From NCBI GenBank assembly GCA_027032075.1, contig JALVOC010000172.1, positions 16,434 to 80,433 of the forward strand: a stretch of DNA of 64,000 nt, in the 5' to 3' direction. A program made the translations under genes and the position numbers. The DNA is from Chromatiales bacterium (lineage in GTDB: Bacteria; Pseudomonadota; Gammaproteobacteria; UBA6429; Thiohalophilaceae). The notes under the pieces are model-generated. The model was not told the DNA's origin and searched no databases. It saw only the letters and a list, made by a program, of their open reading frames with translations. Below, in pieces: positions 8,796 to 18,114 of this stretch. Position 1 is the stretch's first letter, and each line of letters opens with the position of its first letter.

Positions 8796-11276
8796 TCACC
8801 CACAGGTATCGTCACCATCGAAATAATTCAACGTGGTGGTGGCACCCGCAGTGATCACGATGTTGTCACAATTACCCCCGGACGTCGCATCACGCATTTT
8901 CACCCGCTCGTAAGTCCCCGCCGGCAGGGTGAGCACATAGCTGCCGTCACCCCGCGTCGGGAGACGGATAAACCGGTTTGTACTGGCCGTGCCGCCATCA
9001 CGCACCTCGATGGAGAAATTCCCAATGGGTGTGGATGTATCACCATTATTGCCCGCATACACTGTACCACGCAGAATGCCACCGTCGGGCAGAGTAATGG
9101 TGCCAAGTGAGACGTTACTGCCTGCCGCCGCTACGTTAACCGCCGTGGCGTTGGCAAGCTGGGTTTGCCCACTGTAAATCGAACTGCCGGCACCAGTCTC
9201 ACGATCGATCCTGAATTTGACCCGATGATCACCGGTTTGATCAGTGTGCATGGTCACCGAACCATCACTGTTGCTGATCTCGAAGCCCAGAAAAGTGTTA
9301 GCCGTATCGTACAACCTGAGCTTGGCCTGGCTGACGGGATTACCACCGGAATCCTGCAAGATTGCGGAGATCGCGCTCACGGTAGCGGAAAAATCCACAG
9401 TCTGGTTACCGGTGGTGAGATCGACATTCGTGTTGCGCTGGCCATAGGCATAGACTTTATACACCGCGGGCTTGAGCCAGATACGGTATTTGCCCTGCTT
9501 GTTGGTACGCAGACGATCAGCAGGACCACCCGGATTGCTGTTGTTAATCATCACCCGCATGCCGGTAACCGGCTGGCCGGTGGCACCGTCGGTAATGGTG
9601 CCACTCAGTTTGGCACCTGACTCCAGATCAAAATCGATCGTTTTGATCTGACCTGCCATGCTGGTCACATCCACCGGTAAGCCCAGATTACGGTTGCTGG
9701 TGCCCGTACTTCCGTCATAAATCTCGGAGGCGTAGGGCTTCATCGTCCGGTTACGCGCCACCACGAGATACTTGCCGGGAATGACATTCACACGGTAACT
9801 GCCATCCGCCTTGACCCTGGCTTTTACCAGAACCGTACGGTTGTCAAAATCACGAATCACGACCTGAACACCCTCCATCGCAGCCTGGGTGTCACCCGCC
9901 TTTACGCTGCCCGTGATCCGCACACCGGGTTCCAGCTGGAAATCCTTGCCCGTCACCGGTGTGGTGCTGGTCACTGAGATCTTTTCCGCGTCGAACGTGT
10001 TATAGGCCGTACCACTGGTGGACCACCATTCGCTGGCATGCCTACCCGGATCATTGCTGTCGCCAGTACGGTTGAAGGCTCCCACGATGTACTCCCCGGT
10101 GAAGGTTCCGCCATCAGGGTTTGTATCGCCCTGCACCGGAACATTGAAACAATAGTCCCCATTGGCATCGGTCTTGGTCTTGGCACGTGTGACCCAGTTG
10201 CCAAAATCACGGGCCACAATACGGATATTGGCAAGGGGGTTACTGCTGCTGTCGGTCACGTTGCCACAGATTTGACCGCCGCTGGCCGTACTGTAGACCA
10301 CGTTTTTCGTCTCCTCATCCGTCTTGGCCTCGGTATTCAAGGCGGTGGAAAGTGTGCTGGCGGTAACGCTGCTCGTATCAATATCAGTCACCAGTTCACT
10401 GACCGCATCCTGAATCTCCTGGATCTCGCCAACAGTGATGGTGCTCAGATCAGTCGAGATCTCCGCGACCAGCTTGCTGGTTGCGTCTGTGGCCGGATCA
10501 ACAGCCGCACTGGTGTCACTGATCCGGCCATCAAGTGTGCCGCTGGTGCCGGTGGCACGGACGATATACTGGCTCGCCGGTGCGTCCAGCGGTGCTGCCA
10601 GAGTGTAAGTACCGTTACCGTCCGTGGTGCCGGTGGTAATCGGGCCACCCACCGTGTTGCCATCCGCATCCACCCGATAAACCTCCACCGTGGCGCCCGA
10701 AACGGGGGAGACAATGTCACTGAGGCCTGCCTGAACAGGGCTGCCGAACACCGCGGCAAACATGCGCTGCAAAATGCCGGGACCGTTGAAGGCGATATCA
10801 CCGTTGGGCGCTGAAACGACACCGCTAATGGCCACCGAATCATTATCGGTAATGGTTATGGTCTTTGAGACTGGCGTATCAAGTGAATCACCACTCAGAG
10901 TCAGGGTCAGATCCTCACTGAGTTCCACGTCGGAATCATCGGTAATCGCCACGTCACATGTCTTGTCCGCCGTATCACCATCAGCCCAGCTGACGGTGAC
11001 GCTGGTTGCCGTGTAATCACTACCAGCAACTGCCGTACCATCAGTGGTCCCACAGGTCACGGAAACGGCGCCGTTTGAGCCACCGGAGCGTGTCAGCGTA
11101 AAGGAGGCCGTACCGCTATTTTCATCAATCGTGTAACTGTTACCGCTACCGAAATCAATCGTGCCAGCCGACGAAGAGGTTCCCCCGCCACCACTGCAGG
11201 CAGCCACACCCACCATCATCGTTATACCCAAGGCATTGCGTACCGCTTGCCAGGCCCGCTTCTTACAATCACTCAT
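8796..11276 (-). CDS. Large surface lipoprotein: Calx-beta domain plus multiple carboxypeptidase-regulatory-like beta-sandwich repeats
   Basis: Trimmed to MSDCKKRAW...MMVGVAACSGGGG (lipobox). Calx-beta signature: AVAGSDYTATSVTVSWADGDTADKTCDVAITDD. Recurrent G-x-V/I-x-D...G-x-P-[VL]-x-x-[AM]-x-V units. Confidence 0.8.
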   Translation of the reverse strand: MSDCKKRAWQAVRNALGITMMVGVAACSGGGGTSSSAGTIDFGSGNSYTIDENSGTASFTLTRSGGSNGAVSVTCGTTDGTAVAGSDYTATSVTVSWADGDTADKTCDVAITDDSDVELSEDLTLTLSGDSLDTPVSKTITITDNDSVAISGVVSAPNGDIAFNGPGILQRMFAAVFGSPVQAGLSDIVSPVSGATVEVYRVDADGNTVGGPITTGTTDGNGTYTLAAPLDAPASQYIVRATGTSGTLDGRISDTSAAVDPATDATSKLVAEISTDLSTITVGEIQEIQDAVSELVTDIDTSSVTASTLSTALNTEAKTDEETKNVVYSTASGGQICGNVTDSSSNPLANIRIVARDFGNWVTRAKTKTDANGDYCFNVPVQGDTNPDGGTFTGEYIVGAFNRTGDSNDPGRHASEWWSTSGTAYNTFDAEKISVTSTTPVTGKDFQLEPGVRITGSVKAGDTQAAMEGVQVVIRDFDNRTVLVKARVKADGSYRVNVIPGKYLVVARNRTMKPYASEIYDGSTGTSNRNLGLPVDVTSMAGQIKTIDFDLESGAKLSGTITDGATGQPVTGMRVMINNSNPGGPADRLRTNKQGKYRIWLKPAVYKVYAYGQRNTNVDLTTGNQTVDFSATVSAISAILQDSGGNPVSQAKLRLYDTANTFLGFEISNSDGSVTMHTDQTGDHRVKFRIDRETGAGSSIYSGQTQLANATAVNVAAAGSNVSLGTITLPDGGILRGTVYAGNNGDTSTPIGNFSIEVRDGGTASTNRFIRLPTRGDGSYVLTLPAGTYERVKMRDATSGGNCDNIVITAGATTTLNYFDGDDTCG

Positions 11277-11777
11277 AAACTCCCCCTTCACTGTACTGGT
11301 TTCTGCCGTATCCGGTATCCGGGACATACCACGTTCAACATCGGGGTATTACCCCGGTGCTCAAGACTGGCGGGTCAGGCTTTTTTATTAATCACTCATA
11401 TGGGGTAAATATTCCCTTACAGAGAATATTGTAATTCTGCTAACTGATTGATATTAAAATATTTAAGATATTGCTTATATTTGAACAGTGTGATCGATTT
11501 CACACCTTGTCATGTCTTCCCGGCACCACGCCCTGAAAACACACCCGGCAAGGAACCCCCCGAACGCCATGGCAAGATTGCCGGGCATTTCGGTTAATGC
11601 TCTGCCATTGGATAGAAAAACCGCGGGATCCCTGCCGGATTTTTTGCCCCCTTTACCCCAAATGAGGGATGAAAGGCATTATCTAGATTGCCGAGAATAG
11701 ATTATCTTAACGGTCGGTTTATGGGCCTGGCTTCAGGCGCATTGTTTTATAACCATATTTTCACAGGGGTATTGATA

Positions 11778-13508
11778 ATGACCAAGTGGATGCGTGATTT
11801 ATCATGGGGAGTGTCTTTCACCGTTGTTTTCACTTTTCTGGCTCTCGGGATCACCGCCTGTGGGGGCAGTAGTGGTGGTGGGAGTAGTAGTGGGGGGAGT
11901 AGTAGTGGCAGTGGTTCAACCACCGTTTTGTCCATATCTCCCCAGGACAATGAGTTGTATGTTTCTCCTGATACAACGATATCGATAACAGTTGACAGAG
12001 ATATCAGCAGTGTCGTCCTGAATGGCTCAGAATTTAATATCGAAGCAAATGGAAATCGGGTGGATGGCGTAGTTACAAAGAATACCGCAACGAATACATT
12101 TGAGTTTACACCGGCAAACCCTCTGGAGCTGGCGGGTAAATATAATGTCATCATCAATAATCTTGCCGGCATAACGAGCTATAACTGGAGCTTTACGATT
12201 CGCGAAGGTATCTGGACAGGCCCGGAACTGGTCGCGCAAGAAGGCTATGATCTCAATAGTGACGTATCACATGATGGTACTGGTTTTGCAACATGGGATA
12301 GCACAAGGCATGCTGATATGCAGGCATATGCCAATGTTTACACACCGGGCGTTGGCTGGGGCTTGCCTCATCGATTGTATATACACCCAACGCTCAGTAC
12401 TTGTCCGGTCGTTGATCCTTCCTCCTGCTATTACACAGGCTCTACCCGGGTCAAGGCAGGCAGTAACGGCAAAGCAATCGTATTATTCGTTTCCATTGAA
12501 ATAGACAGTAGCGGCAATGAAGCAATAAGAAATTTAATGGCATCGACCTATTCACCGGATGCCGGATGGTCTTCAGCTGTACGACTCAACACAAACACTA
12601 TAGTTGGTGCTTTTAGTGGCTATACCTTGTCTCTGACATGGGATCCTGACGGTAACCGTGCGCTGATCGCCTGGGTCGAGGTTGGGTCTGGTGGTCAATA
12701 TATACGAAAGGCTGCACTGTACGACAGTACCCAGGGGTTTTCGGTCTCTGACATTTATGTTACCACCACCCCTGCTGCTGCCGATGAATATATTGAAGGC
12801 GCCCTCTTCTCCAATGGTGATGCATTGGTCGTCTGGCCTGAATACAATGAAGGTGTTATCAGAGAGAGTCGTTACAACAATGGAGTATGGCAGGCATCTC
12901 AAGTCATCAATACAGGTCCTGGCGTAATCACAAATAATCCGATTCGTGTTGCCTCCAATGCCGACTCTGCAAGAATCATTTACCCTTCGAGAGATGCAGT
13001 AACAAATGAGAACAGTCTCTGGTCGATGAAATATACTGTTGATGGCGGCTGGGGCATCCCGGAGTCAATTGAAACAACATTATCTGATACGCTGGGCGCA
13101 ACTCTTCCGTCCATCTGCATGAATTCTTCCGGACAGGCAGTGGCGGTTTGGAATGTATATGGCGGTATCGTATTTGATGTTTGGGGGAACACCTTTAATC
13201 CGGGAACGGGGTGGGGAACTGAACAAAAAATCGAGAACATAACTGCCACCGGTGCATGGAATGGATATCATAATTGTTACATAACGGAACACGGCAATTT
13301 CGGTGCCGTATGGGTGGAAAGAAATGCGGCAAACAACGGTAATCTAAGCAGTCGCGTAACACTCGGCTCCATCGATGACGGCTGGGGTATACCAGTCAAA
13401 ATACACGATGATACTTCTTATCGCATCGGTGCAAGCAAATCCCGGCAAATGATGGTGATTTACAATGCACCGATTACCGCATCTGTTTATTCCTATAGAT
13501 ATGAGTAA
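11778..13508 (+). CDS. Lipoprotein with N-terminal Ig-like domain and seven-fold GW repeat region (probable beta-propeller)
   Basis: Trimmed to MTKWMRDLS...LGITACGGSSGG (lipobox, Gly/Ser linker). Seven units of type Y-x-x-x-x-G-W-G-x-P-x-x-I, spaced about 50-60 aa apart. Confidence 0.7.
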   Translation: MTKWMRDLSWGVSFTVVFTFLALGITACGGSSGGGSSSGGSSSGSGSTTVLSISPQDNELYVSPDTTISITVDRDISSVVLNGSEFNIEANGNRVDGVVTKNTATNTFEFTPANPLELAGKYNVIINNLAGITSYNWSFTIREGIWTGPELVAQEGYDLNSDVSHDGTGFATWDSTRHADMQAYANVYTPGVGWGLPHRLYIHPTLSTCPVVDPSSCYYTGSTRVKAGSNGKAIVLFVSIEIDSSGNEAIRNLMASTYSPDAGWSSAVRLNTNTIVGAFSGYTLSLTWDPDGNRALIAWVEVGSGGQYIRKAALYDSTQGFSVSDIYVTTTPAAADEYIEGALFSNGDALVVWPEYNEGVIRESRYNNGVWQASQVINTGPGVITNNPIRVASNADSARIIYPSRDAVTNENSLWSMKYTVDGGWGIPESIETTLSDTLGATLPSICMNSSGQAVAVWNVYGGIVFDVWGNTFNPGTGWGTEQKIENITATGAWNGYHNCYITEHGNFGAVWVERNAANNGNLSSRVTLGSIDDGWGIPVKIHDDTSYRIGASKSRQMMVIYNAPITASVYSYRYE

Positions 13509-13635
13509 ATTCTAATTCATGGTTAAGGGAACTTGCCCTCTGAAAATCATCCGTATCCGAAATGCAGGGATCTTCCCCATTTCAGTTAGCGGATGAATTT
13601 CGGGGGGCAACCCTTTGACAGCCCCCTGAAGACAG

Positions 13636-13687
13636 GTGTTTTGAATACCAGTTCATTTAACATTATTGACGGATTCCAGTTCCGCAT
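13636..13687 (-). repeat. Isolated long-arm module of the structured repeat family
   Basis: 43/52 identical by eye to the reverse complement of the right arm of the 15.6-kb element (15846..15897). Confidence 0.6.
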
Positions 13688-14174
13688 CTGCGGTCGAAGT
13701 AAATACAACGGCAGCAGATTCCTTCTTACTCTTGCATTCTCCCTCAAACATCTTTATACCAGCAAATCACTGCTGTCCCGTTAACTCCCACTCCCCCGGG
13801 AGAGGGTTGGGGTAAGGGGTGCTTAACGGGATAACTCATTTGTTTTTTTACCCACTCATCCTGGCCTTCTCCCGGGGGGGAATGAATCGCGCCAATTTCA
13901 GCGTTGCATGATCCCCTCTCCTCCATGGCTTCGATCAGGCAAGGTGTATACTGGGTCAGAGATTTACCAGGTTTTCAGCTAATGTTAACGGCACAGTAAT
14001 GCAGGCAAATTTAAAATGGATCCCCTATACTGAATAACAGAATAATCAGTCAATTTACAATCAGGCAGGTATATCGTTTTTCAACATGTCACCTTTGAAT
14101 AAATCAGGATCACAATAATCTATACGATATAAAATAAACCGGATTTCAGGAAAACAACGAAGCGGAACAATTAC

Positions 14175-15566
14175 ATGCACATCGAATTCCATGGCGCCGA
14201 TCGTGGCGTCACCGGCTCGTGCCATCTGATTGAATGCGCCGGCAAACGCCTGCTGATCGATTGCGGTCTTTACCAGGGTGGACGCGAACTGGAAGAGGAG
14301 AATGCCACCGACTTTGGCTTTGATCCGGGAAGTATCGATTATCTGCTGCTGACCCACGCTCATCTGGATCACTGCGGGCGCATCCCCCTGCTGGTGAAAC
14401 GCGGGTTTAAAGGTGAGATCATCACCACTGCGGCGTCGCGTGAACTGGCGCGATTGGTGATGCTGGATGCCGCTTATCTTAATGAGGAGGAAGCGGAATA
14501 CAAGTCACGCAAGGCTGCACGCCATGGCCGCAAGCGACATGCGATCGAGCCGCTTTACACCACGCTGGACGCACTCAACAGCCTGGATTTCTTCGGGCGC
14601 AGTGCGGATTACGGCGGGATGATTGAGCTGGCGCCCGGTATCCGCGCCACCTTCCTGGATGCCGGCCATATCCTCGGCTCTGCAAGCATTCTGCTGGAAC
14701 TCAACGAAACAGGACACAACAGGCGGGTTTTGTTTTCCGGCGATCTTGGCTACAGCGGCCGTCCGATACTGCGCGATCCGACTCCGCCGCCACCGGTCGA
14801 TGTGGTGATCATGGAGACGACCTACGGCGATCGCTGCCATAAACAACTCGCCCCTTCGGTTGAAGAATTGTATGCCGCCATTGAAGATACCTTCCGCCTT
14901 GGCGGGAATGTGATCATTCCCACTTTCGCCCTGGAGCGTGCCCAGGAGATCCTCTACTTCCTGCGCGAGGGGGTTGATGACGGGCGTCTGCCGCGCGGCA
15001 TGCAGGTGTTTCTCGATTCACCCATGGCGATTTCGGCCACGCAAATCTTCAAGCGCCATCCCGAATGTTACGACACCGAAACCATGACGATCTTCAGTGA
15101 AGGTCGCGATCCTTTTGACCTGCCGGGCCTGCATTTTACCCGCGAGACAGCCCAGTCCATCGCCTTGAACCAGGTTGTCAGTGGCGCCGTGATCCTGGCA
15201 GGCTCCGGCATGTGTACCGGCGGGCGGGTGCGCCACCACCTGAAACACAACCTCTGGCGCCATGACAGCAGCGTGATATTTGTTGGGTACGCGGCACACG
15301 GCACCCTCGCACGGCATATCATTGATGGCGCGGAAAGTGTCCGGATCTTTGGCGAGGAGATCCCGGTGCACGCGTCGATCTATACCATCGGTGGTTTTTC
15401 CGCCCATGCCGATCGTGACGAACTGCTGGCCTGGCACCGTCATACCGATCATCCCGGAATAACGTACCTGGTGCACGGTGATGAGGAAGCAATGCAGCAT
15501 TTCGCCCGGCGATTAAAGGGCAACACCGTGGAAATGCCGAGCCTGCATCAGACATTTACCCTTTAA
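14175..15566 (+). CDS. MBL-fold beta-CASP family hydrolase (RNA-metabolising type)
   Basis: HAHLDHCG motif. Size (463 aa) and C-terminal GGFSAHADRDEL...HGD motifs are typical of beta-CASP proteins. Confidence 0.85.
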   Translation: MHIEFHGADRGVTGSCHLIECAGKRLLIDCGLYQGGRELEEENATDFGFDPGSIDYLLLTHAHLDHCGRIPLLVKRGFKGEIITTAASRELARLVMLDAAYLNEEEAEYKSRKAARHGRKRHAIEPLYTTLDALNSLDFFGRSADYGGMIELAPGIRATFLDAGHILGSASILLELNETGHNRRVLFSGDLGYSGRPILRDPTPPPPVDVVIMETTYGDRCHKQLAPSVEELYAAIEDTFRLGGNVIIPTFALERAQEILYFLREGVDDGRLPRGMQVFLDSPMAISATQIFKRHPECYDTETMTIFSEGRDPFDLPGLHFTRETAQSIALNQVVSGAVILAGSGMCTGGRVRHHLKHNLWRHDSSVIFVGYAAHGTLARHIIDGAESVRIFGEEIPVHASIYTIGGFSAHADRDELLAWHRHTDHPGITYLVHGDEEAMQHFARRLKGNTVEMPSLHQTFTL

Positions 15567-15588
15567 AAGTATTCCGAATACCACTCCA

Positions 15589-15901
15589 CCTAAATAGGCG
15601 TTCCGAATACCAGTACACTTGGGAAATGGAGCATTAGGACCAGAGGTCTTTTACATGACCGTCAGCCGCAGGGCATGGATTGTTCCTGACAATCCTTATG
15701 CATTTCCGCCATCCCTGGCGGTCAGATGCGGCTGTCGTGCGTACCTGGACGATGTACAGGATGTACAAGTGTCGTGGAGCACATGGATGTGCGGGAACGA
15801 CTGTATTTACAGCGTGTCATGTAAAAGACCTCTGGTCCTAATGCGAAACCAGAATCTGCCAATAATGTTAAATGATCTGGCATTCGGAACACTTATTTAG
15901 G
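15589..15901 (+). repeat. Full-length structured intergenic repeat, type-1 (F1-b; MITE-like, non-autonomous)
   Basis: Terminal inverted repeats cctaaataggcgttccgaataccag (15589..15613) and ctggcattcggaacacttatttagg (15877..15901). Perfect 28-bp inner stem 15632..15659 / 15816..15843. No ORF with protein-like properties. Confidence 0.85.
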
Positions 15902-16012
15902 CCACGGAGCAACAGGGGCAACAAAGATGAACCCGAATAACGGAGTGATATCAATAATCAGGCGGGATAATTATTCTGCCTTCCGCTTCTGCAAACCTGG
16001 CCGCGTTCTTTT

Positions 16013-16333
16013 TCAGTATTCCGGCTCCCACCGCCGTAAACGGGAACGCAGGGTTTCAATCTCATCCATCAAATCCAGCACCAAGGCGGCACCGGCAAGA
16101 TTGATATCCAACTCCTGCTGTAAACGCAGTGCCGCACGCGCCCGGCGCAAACTCCCGCCGGGAAACTGCCATTGACTTACCTCGGCACCGGAAGGTTCCA
16201 GTAACCCCTCCTGCACCAGTGCGATAATCCACTCCGCATGCACATCACAGGCACGGCTGAGTTCGCCCAGCGTGAACGTCACCTCTTCGTCCAGTATCAA
16301 TCCGGTCAATACCGGCAGATTTTCTTTTTTCAT
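16013..16333 (-). CDS. cbpM: Chaperone modulatory protein CbpM (MerR-like)
   Basis: 106 aa, 6 nt downstream of cbpA. The TLGELSRACDV...WIIALVQEGLLEP motif is typical of CbpM. Confidence 0.8.
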   Translation of the reverse strand: MKKENLPVLTGLILDEEVTFTLGELSRACDVHAEWIIALVQEGLLEPSGAEVSQWQFPGGSLRRARAALRLQQELDINLAGAALVLDLMDEIETLRSRLRRWEPEY

Positions 16334-16339
16334 CGTCAG

Positions 16340-17284
16340 TTACACCCCGAGACGGGCGCGTGGATTAAACGCCATCTGCTGTTCCATCTTCCTGTATAAC
16401 GCCCTGTCCTCTTCAGTTTTTGCCGGTGGCAGGGCAATTTGCAGCACCACATAAAAATCACCGGGAGGGTTGCCCGGGATCCCCCGCCCTTTCAGGCGCA
16501 ACTTGCGCCCCTGGCGGGATCCTGCCGGAACCTTCAAATCCACGATACCGCCGGGCGTCGGAACTTTAACCGTCGCTCCCAGAGCGGCCTCCCATGGCGC
16601 CACCGGCAAATCGAGATAGAGATCCCTGCCATCCACACGATAGAAAGGATGAGGCTTGAATTCCACCTCGAGATAGAGATCACCCGCCTTGCCTTCACCC
16701 ATACCGGGGGCACCCTGTCCTGCCAGACGAATGCTCTGCCCCTGTTTGACCCCCTTGGGAATACGCACATTCAGGGTCCGCTCCCGTGTCTGCACACGCC
16801 CCTGCTCATCCAGCTCCGGCCGGCGCAGGGTCACAGCACGGGTTGTCCCGTGGTAGGCATCTTCAAGATCGATCAATATCTTGGCATGGTGGTCTTCACC
16901 CCGGGCGTGAAAACGGGCGCGCCGGCCCCCTGCTTGCCGGAACTCACGGCCGAAAAGGGATTCAAAAAAATCACTGTAGGCAGAAGCGTCACCTGCAGTA
17001 AACCCCCCGCCACTGAACTCGAAACCCGCATCCCACTCCGGTGGCGGATGGAATTCCTGCCCCGCTTTCCAGTTGGCGCCAAGCTGATCATAGGCTGCGC
17101 GTTTTTCCGGATCCTTGAGAACCTCGTATGCTTCGCCCACTTCCTTGAAACGCGCCTCTGCATCCGCTTCCTTGCTCACATCCGGATGATACTTGCGCGC
17201 CAACTTGCGATAAGCACGCTTGATTTCATCCTGGGTGGCATCGTGCTTCACCCCCAAAATCTGATAATAGTCTTTGTATTTCAT
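16340..17284 (-). CDS. cbpA: Curved-DNA-binding DnaJ-like co-chaperone CbpA
   Basis: J-domain: DYYQILGV...[12 protein letters not shown]. No zinc-finger region. DnaJ C-terminal domains, 314 aa. Confidence 0.9.
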   Translation of the reverse strand: MKYKDYYQILGVKHDATQDEIKRAYRKLARKYHPDVSKEADAEARFKEVGEAYEVLKDPEKRAAYDQLGANWKAGQEFHPPPEWDAGFEFSGGGFTAGDASAYSDFFESLFGREFRQAGGRRARFHARGEDHHAKILIDLEDAYHGTTRAVTLRRPELDEQGRVQTRERTLNVRIPKGVKQGQSIRLAGQGAPGMGEGKAGDLYLEVEFKPHPFYRVDGRDLYLDLPVAPWEAALGATVKVPTPGGIVDLKVPAGSRQGRKLRLKGRGIPGNPPGDFYVVLQIALPPAKTEEDRALYRKMEQQMAFNPRARLGV

Positions 17285-17548
17285 ATTCTCTATTACTATG
17301 TCCTGCTGCTGAAACTTTAAACCCCTCCCCTGGCGGATTCAAAATCATTTCATGCGGCGAACAACCCACCCATTGAATCGGTTATCATAACTTTGTGCTG
17401 CAGTTCCTTACAATCTGCCGGACAACCCCTTAAATAATGTACTAAAATCCAAACAAGAGTTCCTAATACCAGGCCATCTTAAAACAGGGAGCCGCAAAGC
17501 TGTTACTCGGGAAATCATAATCAATAATGACAACAGGGTGGAAAGGAA

Positions 17549-18091
17549 ATGGCATCAAGGAGTCTGGACGATCTTATCCCCGAAGTCAGGGAAAAAGCAC
17601 AAATTGTTCAACAGGCCTGTCAGGAGGCTGGCGGTTTTGACATCCTGATTTACTGTACGCTTCGGCCACTGGAAGAGCAGGCACGATTATACCGCCAATC
17701 CCGCTCACGCAGGGAAATAAACCGGAAAAAACTGAAACTCCAGAACCGGGGTTTTGATTTTCTTGCAGAAATCCTGGAAAACGTTGGTCCCTGCTATGGC
17801 AGGCACGTCACCAATGCCGGCCCGGGTGAGTCCTGGCACAATTATGGCCAGGCGTGGGACGCGGTACCCCTGATCGGCGGCAAACCTGCTTGGAATTATC
17901 TCGAAGCCCGAGATTACTGGGACGCCTACGGCGAAGCCGTGCGCCAGGCCGGGATGCAATGGGCCGGTGACTGGACACGTTTTCGTGAATACCCCCATGC
18001 CCAGCTGAAACCCGGTGGGAATCCGCTGAAGACGCAAACGCCAGAGGAAATCCGCCTCGCTCTGGTGAAACACAATCTGCTGGTTGCCTGA
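17549..18091 (+). CDS. M15-family zinc peptidoglycan peptidase (endolysin-like), no signal peptide
   Basis: SWHNYGQAWD (SxHxxGxAxD zinc motif) and DWTRFREYPHAQL (D..H), as in VanY/phage L-Ala-D-Glu peptidases. Confidence 0.85.
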   Translation: MASRSLDDLIPEVREKAQIVQQACQEAGGFDILIYCTLRPLEEQARLYRQSRSRREINRKKLKLQNRGFDFLAEILENVGPCYGRHVTNAGPGESWHNYGQAWDAVPLIGGKPAWNYLEARDYWDAYGEAVRQAGMQWAGDWTRFREYPHAQLKPGGNPLKTQTPEEIRLALVKHNLLVA

Positions 18092-18114
18092 ACAGGTACA
18101 AGGAGGATACTTCA

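Noticed and set aside
13744-13926. 60-aa ORF translating ..HPLPQPSPGGVGV...
   Set aside because: It is a translation of a GGGAGAGGG/CCCTCTCCC palindromic repeat motif in an intergenic gap. It has no start context and is not protein-like.
15619-15900. Track ORFs 15619..15900 (+) and 2278..2481 (+), considered as protein genes.
   Set aside because: They are read-throughs of the structured repeat (palindromic stems, terminal repeats). They use different frames in the two copies and have Cys/Arg-rich low-complexity translations.
16439-17320. Long antisense or alternative-frame ORFs overlapping confident genes. Examples: 16439..17320, 19339..20229, 20981..21823, 38730..39782, 42124..43530, 46471..47730, 53374..53991, 54397..55065, 60181..61098, 61646..62521, 161..721, 10038..10814.
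   Set aside because: Each is fully contained in a gene with clear family motifs on the other strand or frame. None shows recognisable motifs. This is an artefact of GC-rich third-position bias.
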